A DNA stretch of 64,000 nt from Deltaproteobacteria bacterium (GTDB lineage Bacteria > Myxococcota > B64-G9). This document shows, piece after piece, positions 1-9,008 of this stretch (positions are counted from its first letter, which is position 1; each line of letters starts with the position of its first letter). The stretch covers positions 15,990 through 79,989 of the forward strand of contig JAFGRB010000013.1 in NCBI GenBank assembly GCA_016935365.1. Reading direction: 5' to 3'. Under the pieces are notes generated by a model. The model was not told the origin of the DNA. It worked only from the letters and a program-made list of their open reading frames with translations, and made no database searches. Position numbers and translations under genes: made by a program.

Positions 1-183
1 GCACAGCGCCCTGGCGATCAGGATGGCCAGGATGGCGTACTCCGCAAAGTGCAGGAGCTTGTCGGAGAGCGGAAAGCTGAGCAGCACCGGCGGGCGCGTC
101 ATCGAGGACAGCGATACGATCAGTGCGATGTAGACGGCGATGGGAATCCAGAACACGAGGAGCTTGCGCAGGAGCCGGGGCAT
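1..183 (-). CDS. VanZ-family membrane protein (partial, runs off window start)
   Basis: Manual translation from ATG at 183: MPRLLRKLLVFWIPIAVYIALIVSLSSM...SDKLLHFAEYAILAIL. DKxxHxxxY is the VanZ motif. Not in the ORF track. Confidence 0.8.
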   Translation of the reverse strand, partial: MPRLLRKLLVFWIPIAVYIALIVSLSSMTRPPVLLSFPLSDKLLHFAEYAILAILIARALC

Positions 184-196
184 GGATGGGCTTCGG

Positions 197-769
197 TCAC
201 ATCTTGTACTTGCCGAAGTCCTCCGGCTTGAGGTTCTCGAGGATCTCGGTCCAGCGGTCCTTGTCCTTCTTCTTGCCTTCCTTGCTCTCGCCCTCCGCGC
301 CCTGCTCCTCTTCCTTGCCGAGCACCTGCTTGAGCGCATCCATGTCCAGCTGCTGGGAGCTGTCGATCACCTTGCGGGTCGCGAAGATCTGGGCTCCCGC
401 GCGAAGGGCCAGGGCGATGGCGTCCGAGGGCCGGGAGTCGACCTCCAGGCTCTCGCCGTCCCGCTCGATGTACAGCGAGGCGTAGAAGGTCCCGTCCTTG
501 AGATCGTTGACCACGATGCGCGTGAGCTTCCCGCCCATCGCGACCAGCAGGCTCTTGAGGAGATCGTGGGTCATGGGCCGCGCGAGCTGGATGCCCTCGA
601 GCTCGGTGGCAATCGCGGAGGCCTCGACCAGGCCGATCCAGATCGGGATGGCAACAGTGTCGTCGACGTCCTTCAGGATAATGATCGGCATGTTGTTGGT
701 CGGGTCCAGCGTCACCCCGGCCACCGTCATCTGCACTTCCTCGTTGTTCGCGCAAGCGTCGTCGGTCAT
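197..769 (-). CDS. Bifunctional nuclease family protein (DUF151)
   Basis: Motifs IPIWIGLVEA, RPMTHDL, FYA, DSRPSDAIALA; AGGAGG SD before ATG 769. Confidence 0.92.
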   Translation of the reverse strand: MTDDACANNEEVQMTVAGVTLDPTNNMPIIILKDVDDTVAIPIWIGLVEASAIATELEGIQLARPMTHDLLKSLLVAMGGKLTRIVVNDLKDGTFYASLYIERDGESLEVDSRPSDAIALALRAGAQIFATRKVIDSSQQLDMDALKQVLGKEEEQGAEGESKEGKKKDKDRWTEILENLKPEDFGKYKM

Positions 770-1262
770 CCAGGCCTCCTGACCCATCCTATCGGCTCCA
801 GGGGGTGCCTTGTCAACCCCAGTGCGCTTCGATGTGCCAGGCGTCGAGAGATCGCTTGGCGGTAATCGGTGCTCACCTCGGCCGGTGGGATCCGTGGATG
901 CGGACGTAGTCGTTCAGGTGGCGATGGGCCTCGTCGTCGGGGCTCCCCGCAGCCAGTCGGACGGGTGATGCTCTTCCCAGCAGCGAAGCCCGGCCTCGCC
1001 CAGGGCGCAGGCGGATTGAAAGCCGAAGCCCCTGCCGAGCGCCACCTGCTCGATCCTCGTTTGACAGGCAGGCTCGGAGCGATCCGCAAGCGGCCAGAGG
1101 GCGAATGCGAGGCAGGCGGCGCTCCACATGCCAGGTCCGCGCATGGCTCCGAATCTCGCACACCCGTCCTCCGAATCCCAGGACCATCGGGAGCCGTGCT
1201 CGACAGAACAGCAAGGCTTGATCCGTCATTCATCTCATATCACCGCCGGAGAGGAGAGCGGA

Positions 1263-2354
1263 ATGAAAAGACTGATCATCCATATCCTTGGGATCTTCCT
1301 CGCCCTGCCGGCCGTCGCCGGTGAGGGCAGCGGGCCGACTCCGCTCGACGACAACCATCTCCTGGGACCGGCCCAGCTGATCGACAACCTGACCATCTTC
1401 CCCGTCTTCGCCAAGAAGCCATCGGAATTCAAGGAGGTAATCAGCCTGACCCACGCCTTGAAGGACGGCCAGGCCGAGATCCGGGAGCTGGGTGCGCAGA
1501 CCGGGCCCATCCGCCAGGGATCGAGCTCGCAGGTTCAGGCACAGCCGCAAGTCCTGGATGGGGCTCAGGTGGGCACGCTGGTGATCGAGAACAAGGGCAA
1601 GAAGCACATCCTGGTCCTGGCCGGCACCGTCCTGTACGGCGGCAAGCAGGATCGGCTGGTGGCTCAGGACTTCGTGGTGGGGCCCGAGTCGACCATTCCG
1701 GTGGGCGCCTTCTGCATCGAGCAGGGTCGCTGGACCGGAAATCGCATGGGCCAGACCACTAATGGCAAGTTCGGCGCCATGGAGCAGCTGGCCACCACAT
1801 CGGTCCGGAAGGCCGGACAGTACAAGGGCAACCAGGGCATGGTCTGGGCCAACGTCAGCAAGGTCAACGCATACAACATGGTCAGCTCGAGCTCGGGCAC
1901 CCTCTTCGCCACCCTGGACGACGAGCATGTCAAGGCCCAGAGGGAGACGATAGCGAAGAAGATCCGAGCGCATCTTCAAGCGTCGGGCAAGGAGAAGAAC
2001 CTGGTGGGGCTCGCCTACGCCATCGACGGCAAGGTGAGCGGTGTGCGCTGGTTTCTGAACAAGCAGATCTTCACCGAGTTTCGCGACACGATCATCCACA
2101 CCGCAGCCGTCGACTCCATCACCGCCCAGGCCAGGGCGAGGCAGGCCGAGAAGAAGAGGGTCACGGCGCCCGCCAAGCCCGAGGACGTGGCCGCGTTCGT
2201 CGAAAATCTTCGCTCGGTCAAGGTCAGCCAGCGCAATATCACCAGCGGACTGAACGTCAACGAGATCCGCGTCACGGAGAAGGGCTTCAAGCAAGATTGC
2301 AAAATGATCGACGCCTTTCCCGATCCCATCACCACCGACTTCCTCGCAGAGTGA
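1263..2354 (+). CDS. Secreted ARPP-1/DUF6569-like domain protein
   Basis: Signal peptide MKRLIIHILGIFLALPAVA; motifs GGKQDRL and FCIEQGRW; GAGGAG SD. Confidence 0.7.
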   Translation: MKRLIIHILGIFLALPAVAGEGSGPTPLDDNHLLGPAQLIDNLTIFPVFAKKPSEFKEVISLTHALKDGQAEIRELGAQTGPIRQGSSSQVQAQPQVLDGAQVGTLVIENKGKKHILVLAGTVLYGGKQDRLVAQDFVVGPESTIPVGAFCIEQGRWTGNRMGQTTNGKFGAMEQLATTSVRKAGQYKGNQGMVWANVSKVNAYNMVSSSSGTLFATLDDEHVKAQRETIAKKIRAHLQASGKEKNLVGLAYAIDGKVSGVRWFLNKQIFTEFRDTIIHTAAVDSITAQARARQAEKKRVTAPAKPEDVAAFVENLRSVKVSQRNITSGLNVNEIRVTEKGFKQDCKMIDAFPDPITTDFLAE

Positions 2355-2390
2355 TGCGTTCGAGCTGCCTCTTCGTTCGTCGAGCATGCT

Positions 2391-2750
2391 CTACCCGCAC
2401 GAGCCCCCCGCGCACTCCTTGCTCCTCTTCCAATCGGCGAGCCTCTCGAGCAGCTCGGCAGGCACCCGCCCCTCTAGCACGGCGGGCAGCATCTCGATCA
2501 CCCGGGCCTGGGCCGGGCCCGGATCGTTGGCGATCCGGAAGTAGACCCAGATCGCATCGCGCCGATCGCATAGAAGGCCGGCATGGACCAGGTGCCGGAG
2601 GTGACGCGACGCCTTGGACTGGGTGATCGCCAGCGCATGGACGAAGTCGCAGACACACAGCTCGCCCTCGCCCTGCTCGAGCAGGAGGCCGATCATCTTG
2701 AGCCTGGTCTCGTCAGACAGGGCCTTGAAGACTGTCGTCAGCGCACGCAT
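2391..2750 (-). CDS. arsR: ArsR/SmtB family transcriptional repressor
   Basis: FKALSDETRL...ELCVCD...SRHLRHL; divergent from arsM; GGAGG SD. Confidence 0.9.
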   Translation of the reverse strand: MRALTTVFKALSDETRLKMIGLLLEQGEGELCVCDFVHALAITQSKASRHLRHLVHAGLLCDRRDAIWVYFRIANDPGPAQARVIEMLPAVLEGRVPAELLERLADWKRSKECAGGSCG

Positions 2751-2774
2751 GCCAGGGCTTCCTCCACCAATCAC

Positions 2775-2807
2775 TTGCATATACTCGGATAACCGGGTTA
2801 TAGTCAA
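2775..2807. promoter_or_regulatory. Overlapping divergent arsR/arsM promoters with palindromic operator ATAACC-G-GGTTAT (2789-2801)
   Basis: Plus strand TTGCAT (2775)-18 bp-TATAGT (2799); minus strand TTGACT at 2807-2802; perfect inverted repeat between them. Confidence 0.6.
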
Positions 2808-2823
2808 GAATCGAGGAGGCGAG

Positions 2824-3651
2824 ATGAACGAATCGGATGGCAGCCGTAAAAAAATCTCGGCAGACTATGCCAACGCCTTGAAATCGTTTCCGAAATATTG
2901 CTGCGCTGGCCAGGTGCCCAAGGGCGTCGCGGCAGGGAGCGCTGGCTACCATAGCTCTGAGCTGGCCTCGCTTCCACCTGATGCGGTGGTCAACTCCTTC
3001 GGCTGCGGCAACCCGGTGGCCTTCTCGGCGGTCGAGCCAGGGCAGGTCGTGCTCGACCTCGGCTCCGGCGCCGGGATCGACCTGCTGCTGGCGGCTGCAA
3101 AGGTCGGATCCACAGGCCGGGTCATCGGTGTGGACATGACCGAGGAGATGCTGGACAAGGCCAGGGAGAACGTCGCCTCCGCCGGGCTCACCAACGTCGA
3201 GCTGCGCCGCGGCATCATCGAGCAGCTGCCGGTCGAGAGTGGCTCCGTGGACTGGGTCATCTCCAACTGCGCAATCAACCTCTCGCCCGAGAAGCATCGC
3301 GTCTTCGCCGAGATCGCCCGCGTGCTGCGGCCCGGAGGGACGATGCTGGTCTCGGACATCACAGCCGAGGACCTGCCGGAGGCCATCTCCAGCAACCGCA
3401 ACCTGCGCTCGGCCTGCATCGCCGGCGCCATCAGCGAGCAGGCCTACATCGACGGGCTGCGTCAGGCCGGACTTGCCGAAATCGAGGTCCTCGAGCGCCT
3501 GGTCTACGATGCTTCGCAGATCGAGATGTTCTTCGGCCCGAGCGGCACATGCTGCGGCGCCTCCATCAACCCGGCGCAGGCAAGGCAATGGGCCGCGCAG
3601 CTGGCCGGAAGGGTCGCCAGCATCAAGGTCCGGGCGCGAAAGAGAACCTAG
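2824..3651 (+). CDS. arsM: Arsenite S-adenosylmethionine methyltransferase
   Basis: SFGCGNP, VLDLGSGAGID, ISNCAINLSPEK, CIAGA; N- and C-terminal CC pairs; adjacent arsR. Confidence 0.88.
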   Translation: MNESDGSRKKISADYANALKSFPKYCCAGQVPKGVAAGSAGYHSSELASLPPDAVVNSFGCGNPVAFSAVEPGQVVLDLGSGAGIDLLLAAAKVGSTGRVIGVDMTEEMLDKARENVASAGLTNVELRRGIIEQLPVESGSVDWVISNCAINLSPEKHRVFAEIARVLRPGGTMLVSDITAEDLPEAISSNRNLRSACIAGAISEQAYIDGLRQAGLAEIEVLERLVYDASQIEMFFGPSGTCCGASINPAQARQWAAQLAGRVASIKVRARKRT

Positions 3652-3682
3652 CCTGGCGTTTTTTCGACACGCCAATTCCGGA

Positions 3683-4570
3683 TCAACGGTTCACGAGCCC
3701 GAGCCGCTCGCGGCACTGCTCGACCGTGGCCGGCTCGCGGCCCTGGTCGCGGATCATCCGGGCCGCCTTCTCGACCAGCTCGCCGTTGGATCCGGCCATC
3801 CGGCCGGGCGCCACGTAGAAGTTGTCCTCCAGGCCCACCCGGACGTTGCCGCCCAGTGCGCAGGCCGCGGCCAGCATGCGCCACTGCTGGTGGCTGACGC
3901 AGATGATCTCCCACTCGGCCCGCTCGGGCAGCGAGCCGACCAGGTAGCTCAGGGCCGGCACCGTCGGCGGGATGCCGCCCACCACGCCCATGATCAGGCT
4001 GTACTGGAATGGCGGCTCCAGCAGCCCCATGTCGATCAGCGGGTAGGAGTTGGCCACGTGACCGGCGTCGAAGCACTCCATCTCGGGCCGCGTCTGCACG
4101 GCCTTCATCTGGGTCAGGAGCTCGACGATCTCGGAGAAGGGGTTCGGGAAGACGAACTCGAACACGAAGCCCTTCCTGCCCGGGTGGTACTTGGCGTAGT
4201 TCATCGAGCCCATGTTCAGCGCGGCCAGGGCGGGGCGGATCTCGCGCACCGGGGCGATCTTCTGCTCGGTGCTCACCCCCACCGCCCCGGTGGAGAAGTT
4301 GACGGCGATCGGGCAGGCCGCGGTGACCGCCTCGTAGATGGCCCGGTAGTCGCTCACCTCGTAGGACGGGGAGCCGTCGACGGAGCGGGCGTGGATGTGG
4401 ACCACGGCCGCGCCCGCCTCGTAGGCCCGCCTGGCCTCGGCCGCGTACTCCTCCGGCCGGTAGGGGATGGCCGGGCACTGGTCCCGGTTGGCCACCACGC
4501 CGGACAGGGCGCAGGTGATGATGCACGCCCGGTCGGGATCGGTCTTCGGGCCGTGGACGAGCTCGTGCAT
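3683..4570 (-). CDS. Beta-keto acid cleavage enzyme (BKACE/DUF849, Kce family)
   Basis: IITCALSG, AGAAVVHIHAR, GGNVRVGLEDN, SNGELV motifs. Confidence 0.9.
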   Translation of the reverse strand: MHELVHGPKTDPDRACIITCALSGVVANRDQCPAIPYRPEEYAAEARRAYEAGAAVVHIHARSVDGSPSYEVSDYRAIYEAVTAACPIAVNFSTGAVGVSTEQKIAPVREIRPALAALNMGSMNYAKYHPGRKGFVFEFVFPNPFSEIVELLTQMKAVQTRPEMECFDAGHVANSYPLIDMGLLEPPFQYSLIMGVVGGIPPTVPALSYLVGSLPERAEWEIICVSHQQWRMLAAACALGGNVRVGLEDNFYVAPGRMAGSNGELVEKAARMIRDQGREPATVEQCRERLGLVNR

Positions 4571-4582
4571 GGCTATACCTCG

Positions 4583-5353
4583 CTAGCGGTTCTTCCACTC
4601 GGGCTTGCGCTTTTCCAGGAATGACGAGATGCCCTCGGCTGCGTCCGCGGTGCACAGCAGCTCCACCAGGGCCTCGGCCAGGATCGGGGTCGCGTCCGCG
4701 AGGCACAGGTGTCGGGTCCGGGCCAGGGCCTTGCGGCCGATGCGCACCGCCGAGGGGCTTACCGAGAGCAGCTGCTCGGCGAGCTCGTCCACCGTATCGT
4801 CCAGCTCGGCCCTGGGCACCACGCGGTTGACCAGGCCCCAGTCGAGTGCCTGGCTGGCCGGGATGCGCTGCCCGGTGAAGAAGAGCTCGTAGGCCCGCTT
4901 GGGTCCGATGTGGCGCACGATCCAGGGGGCGATCAGCATCGGGAAGACCCCCGAGCGGACCTCCGGCGTGCCGAGCTTCACGTCGTCGGCCGCCACGGCC
5001 AGGTCGCAGCCGAGCATCAGCCCGACCCCGCCCCCCACGCAGTGGCCGTTGACCCGGGCCAGGAGCGGGGTGCCCAGTTCGCTCATCTTCTGCATGAGCG
5101 CGCCGAAGGCGCGGATCGTCTCTCCTGCCCCGCCCTGGCCCATGTCGGAGGCCAGGTCGCCGCCGGCGCAGAACGCCCGCTTGCCCGCCCCGGTCAGGAC
5201 GATCAGCCGGATATCGCGATCGGCGTCGGCTGCCTCCAGCTGGGCTGTCAAGGCGGCCACCAGGCCGCTGTCCAGCGCGTTTCGCCGATCCGGGCGGTTG
5301 AGGGTCAAGTTCAGACGATGAACCTGCCTTTCGACCAAGAGACGCTCAGCCAT
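4583..5353 (-). CDS. Enoyl-CoA hydratase/isomerase (methylglutaconyl-CoA hydratase-like)
   Basis: LNRPDRRNAL, FCAGGDL, GGGVGL...PEV, EGISSFLEKRKP. Confidence 0.9.
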   Translation of the reverse strand: MAERLLVERQVHRLNLTLNRPDRRNALDSGLVAALTAQLEAADADRDIRLIVLTGAGKRAFCAGGDLASDMGQGGAGETIRAFGALMQKMSELGTPLLARVNGHCVGGGVGLMLGCDLAVAADDVKLGTPEVRSGVFPMLIAPWIVRHIGPKRAYELFFTGQRIPASQALDWGLVNRVVPRAELDDTVDELAEQLLSVSPSAVRIGRKALARTRHLCLADATPILAEALVELLCTADAAEGISSFLEKRKPEWKNR

Positions 5354-5864
5354 TCGAGCCCTCCTTCGTCACCGTGACCAGCACGTCGCCCGGGCTCACC
5401 TTGTCGCCGGGTGCGGCCCGGATCTCAGACACCACCCCGTCGTGGGGCGCGACCAGGGTGGACTCCATCTTCATGGCCGAGACCACGACCACGGGCTGGC
5501 CCTGTACGACCCGGTCGCCGAGGGCCACGAGCAGCTCGACCACCACCGCGGGCATGGGCGGCGTGACCTCGGGCGGGGGCGCGCGGTCCTGCGCTCCGCG
5601 GCGCGCGCGCACGGGCTCGATCCGCGCATGGCAGCCCATGGCGCTCGCGTGCACCCGGCCGCGATCTACGGCCAGGTGGAAGGTGAAGCTGCGATCTCCG
5701 AGCTGGATCCGAAGCCGCTGCGGATCGATCGAGCGGTAGGTGCAGCAGAGCGCCCGCCCGTCCACCAGCGCCTCGATGCGTCCCGGCTCCCGGGCCTGCA
5801 CGCTGACTGCGCGCTCCTCCCCGGCCACCCGGATCGCGCGCGCCTTTTCTTTCGGGTGCGTCAA
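5346..5864 (-). CDS. Biotin carboxyl carrier subunit of acyl-CoA carboxylase
   Basis: PPMPAVV...SAMKME biotinyl-lysine motif; TTG start overlapping the upstream TGA. Confidence 0.82.
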   Translation of the reverse strand: MTHPKEKARAIRVAGEERAVSVQAREPGRIEALVDGRALCCTYRSIDPQRLRIQLGDRSFTFHLAVDRGRVHASAMGCHARIEPVRARRGAQDRAPPPEVTPPMPAVVVELLVALGDRVVQGQPVVVVSAMKMESTLVAPHDGVVSEIRAAPGDKVSPGDVLVTVTKEGSNG

Positions 5865-7366
5865 TCCTCCATCCTCCAACGGCCCAGTGTCCGCCAGGGA
5901 TCGATCCCGGGCACGCTCGACTCTTCCCTCTGTCGGGCCTGGCTCTCGGCGCGGGTCAGGCCCTCGGCCTCGGCCGCGAGCCAGCCTAGAAGAAGCGCGT
6001 CCAGCCTCGCGGGGTCCGGGCGCCAGTCTGGAAAGTGGCGCTCGAGAAAGCCGGTGTCGATCCGTCCCTGCCGGAAGGTCTCGGACGAGACGATGTCCAG
6101 CAGCAGCTCGATGTCCGTGTCCACCCCCAGGATGGCGGTCTCGGCCAGGGCCCGCGCCATGCGCGCCAGGGCTGCCTCCCGGCCGGCGCCCCAGGCGATC
6201 AGCTTGGCCAGGATGGGATCGTAGTGGACCGGCACCTGGCTGCCGGCCTCCACACCGCAGTCGAATCGAATCCCGGGGCCTGCTGGTGCGTGCAGGTAGA
6301 GGACCCTCCCCGGGCTGGGCAGGAAGCCGGCCCTGGGGTCCTCGGCGTAGATCCGGCACTCGATCGCGTGGCCGCGGCGGGTGATCGATTCTTGATCGAA
6401 GCCCAGCGGCTCTCCGGCCGCGATCTGGATCTGCTGGCGGACCAGGTCCAGCCCGCAGATGGCCTCGGTCACCGGGTGCTCGACCTGCAGCCGGGCGTTG
6501 ACCTCCATGAAGTAGAACGCCCCACCCGGCTCGAGCAGGAACTCGACCGTGCCGGCGTTCTGGTAGCCGGACTCCCGGGCGACCCGCAGGGCCGCGGCGC
6601 AGATCTGCGCCCGCAGATCCTCGTCCAGGGCGGTCGAGGGCGCCTCCTCGACGATCTTCTGGTGTCGTCTCTGGATCGAGCACTCGCGCTCGAAGAGGTG
6701 GACCGCCCGGCCCTGGGAGTCGGCCAGCACCTGGACCTCCACGTGGCGGGGGTTCTGGATGCAGCGCTCCAGGTAGATCCGCCCGTCGCCGAAGGCGCTC
6801 TGGGCCTCGTTGCTCGCGCGGCGCACGGCCTCGGCCAGCTCTTCCCGGCTGTCCACCCGGCGCATGCCCTTGCCGCCTCCGCCCGCGGCCGCCTTGAGCA
6901 TGACCGGCAGCCCGATCCCGTCTGCCTCGGCCGCCAGGGCCCCGGGATCGCTCGTGGGCTCCGCCGATCCCGGGATGACCGGCACCGAGGCCGCACTGGC
7001 CAGCCGCCGGGCCTCGGTCTTGTCCCCGACCGCGCGGAGCGCATCCGCCGGCGGCCCGATGAAGGTCAGCCCGGCGTCCGCGCAGGCCTGGGCGAAGTCG
7101 GCGTTCTCGGCCAAAAAGCCGTATCCGGGGTGGATCGCCTGGGCGCCGGTGGCCCGGGCAGCGGCCAGGATGGCGCCCTGGTCCAGGTAGGACCGGGCCG
7201 GCTCGTCGTCTGCCAGGGCGACCGCCTCGTCCGCGGCCAGGGTGTGGACCGAGTCCCGGTCCACAGGCGCATACACGGCCGCGCAACGGATGCCCATCTC
7301 CCGGCAGGTGCGTATGATCCGCAGCGCGATCTCGCCCCGGTTGGCGATCAGGATCTTTTCCAGCAT
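5861..7366 (-). CDS. Biotin carboxylase subunit (MCC/GCC alpha-like)
   Basis: ILIANRGEIA, HPGYGFLAEN, GGGGKGMR, ERECSIQRRHQK, RLQVEHPVTE. Confidence 0.95.
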   Translation of the reverse strand: MLEKILIANRGEIALRIIRTCREMGIRCAAVYAPVDRDSVHTLAADEAVALADDEPARSYLDQGAILAAARATGAQAIHPGYGFLAENADFAQACADAGLTFIGPPADALRAVGDKTEARRLASAASVPVIPGSAEPTSDPGALAAEADGIGLPVMLKAAAGGGGKGMRRVDSREELAEAVRRASNEAQSAFGDGRIYLERCIQNPRHVEVQVLADSQGRAVHLFERECSIQRRHQKIVEEAPSTALDEDLRAQICAAALRVARESGYQNAGTVEFLLEPGGAFYFMEVNARLQVEHPVTEAICGLDLVRQQIQIAAGEPLGFDQESITRRGHAIECRIYAEDPRAGFLPSPGRVLYLHAPAGPGIRFDCGVEAGSQVPVHYDPILAKLIAWGAGREAALARMARALAETAILGVDTDIELLLDIVSSETFRQGRIDTGFLERHFPDWRPDPARLDALLLGWLAAEAEGLTRAESQARQREESSVPGIDPWRTLGRWRMED

Positions 7367-7379
7367 CTCGATCCGGCCC

Positions 7380-8996
7380 TCACATCCGGAAGATCCCGTA
7401 GCCCCAGGGCTCCGAGCGCAGCGGGGCGTTCAGGGCGGCCGACAGCCCCAGGGCGAGCACATCCCGGGTCCTGGCCGGATCCAGGATGCCGTCGTCCCAG
7501 AGATTGGCGGTCGAGTGGTAGGCGCTGCCCTCCTGCTCGGCCGCCTGGCGGATGGGCTCCTGGATGGCGGCCTTGTCCTCCTCGCTCATCGGCGGCAGGC
7601 CCTCGCGGGCGAGCTGGTCGTTCTTGACCGAGACCAGCACCGCCGCGGCCTGCTCGGGGCCCATGACCCCGATCCGGGCGTTGGGCCACATCCACAAGAA
7701 GCGCGGCCCGTAGGCCCGGCCGCACATGCCGTAGTTGCCCGCCCCGAAGGAGGCCCCGACGATGACCGTCAGCTTGGGCACCGTGGCCGTGGCGACCGCG
7801 TTGACCATCTTGTGCCCGTCCTTGGTGATCCCGCCGCGCTCATACTCGCGGCCGATCATGTAGCCGTTGATGTTCTGCAGGAAGATCAGCGGCACCCCGT
7901 CCCGGTCGCAGAGCTGGATGAACTGGGTGGCCTTGAGCGAGCTCTCCGAGAAGAGCACCCCGTTGTTGCCCAGGATGCCGACCTGCATGCCGTGCAGGTA
8001 GGCCCAGCCGCAGACCAAGGTCGGCCCGTAGTCGCGCTTGAACTCGTGGAACTCGCTGCCGTCGACCATCCGGGCCAGGACCTCTCGCACGTCGTAAGGG
8101 GTGGCCAGGGACTCGGGCACGATCCCGTAGATCTCTGCCGGATCGTAGAGCGGCTCGGCCGGCTCACGGGTGGGGATGCGGGTCTTGTGTGCCGGCGGCA
8201 GCAAGGCCACCAGGTCCCGGACGATGGCCAGGGCGTGGGCGTCGTCCTCGGCGAAGTAGTCGCTCACCCCCGACTCGCTGCAGTGGACCCGCGCACCGCC
8301 CAGTTCCTCGGCGCTCACCTCCTCGCCGGTGGCCGCCCGGACCAGAGGCGGTCCGCCCAGGAAGATGGCCCCGGTGCGGTTCACGTGAACGGCGTGATCG
8401 GACATGGCCGGGATGTAGGCCGCACCCGCGGTGCACAGCCCCATCACGCAGGTGATCTGCGAGATGCCCAGCTTGGACATGATGGCCTGGTTGTAGAAGA
8501 CCCGCCCCCCGTCGTCGATGTCCGGAAAGAGCTCGCTCTGCAGCGGCAGGAAGGCGCCCCCCGAGTCCACCAGGCTGATGGCGGGCAGCCGGTTCTCCAT
8601 GGCGATCGTCTGGCAGCGGAGCGTCTTCTTGACCCCCATGGGGTAGATGGTCCCGCCCTTGATGCGGGCGTCGTTGGCCGTGACCATCACCTCCCGGCCC
8701 GCGACCCGCCCGATGCCCGCCAGGCTGCCGGCGCCGTGCACCCGGCCGTCGTACATGCCCCGGGCCGCCAGCGGGGCGATCTCCAGGAAGGGAGCGTCGG
8801 GATCCAAAAGCCGCTCCAGGCGCTCCTCGACCGGCAGCTTGCCCTGGGAGGTATGGCGCTTCTGGGCCTTGTCCGAGCGGTCCATGTGCGCTCGCTGCAG
8901 CTCGGCCTTCAGGTCGGCCACCAGGGACCGCATGGCCTGCTCGTTCTTCTTGAACTCGGCGCTGCGGGTGTCCACCCGGGACTCGATGACCTCCAT
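7380..8996 (-). CDS. Carboxyl transferase subunit (methylcrotonyl-CoA carboxylase beta-like)
   Basis: LVDSGGAFLP, CTAGAAY, GSFGAGNYGMCGRAY-like stretch, C-terminal GIFRM. Confidence 0.93.
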   Translation of the reverse strand: MEVIESRVDTRSAEFKKNEQAMRSLVADLKAELQRAHMDRSDKAQKRHTSQGKLPVEERLERLLDPDAPFLEIAPLAARGMYDGRVHGAGSLAGIGRVAGREVMVTANDARIKGGTIYPMGVKKTLRCQTIAMENRLPAISLVDSGGAFLPLQSELFPDIDDGGRVFYNQAIMSKLGISQITCVMGLCTAGAAYIPAMSDHAVHVNRTGAIFLGGPPLVRAATGEEVSAEELGGARVHCSESGVSDYFAEDDAHALAIVRDLVALLPPAHKTRIPTREPAEPLYDPAEIYGIVPESLATPYDVREVLARMVDGSEFHEFKRDYGPTLVCGWAYLHGMQVGILGNNGVLFSESSLKATQFIQLCDRDGVPLIFLQNINGYMIGREYERGGITKDGHKMVNAVATATVPKLTVIVGASFGAGNYGMCGRAYGPRFLWMWPNARIGVMGPEQAAAVLVSVKNDQLAREGLPPMSEEDKAAIQEPIRQAAEQEGSAYHSTANLWDDGILDPARTRDVLALGLSAALNAPLRSEPWGYGIFRM

Positions 8997-9008
8997 GGAC
9001 AGTTCCTC

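Noticed and set aside
2824..3651. Selenocysteine in ArsM (TlpA also checked)
   Set aside because: No in-frame TGA; all catalytic positions are Cys.
5346..7366. Frameshifted single carboxylase alpha subunit
   Set aside because: The BCCP part has its own GGAGG and a TTG overlapping the TGA, consistent with a genuine split gene; a frameshift is not fully excluded.
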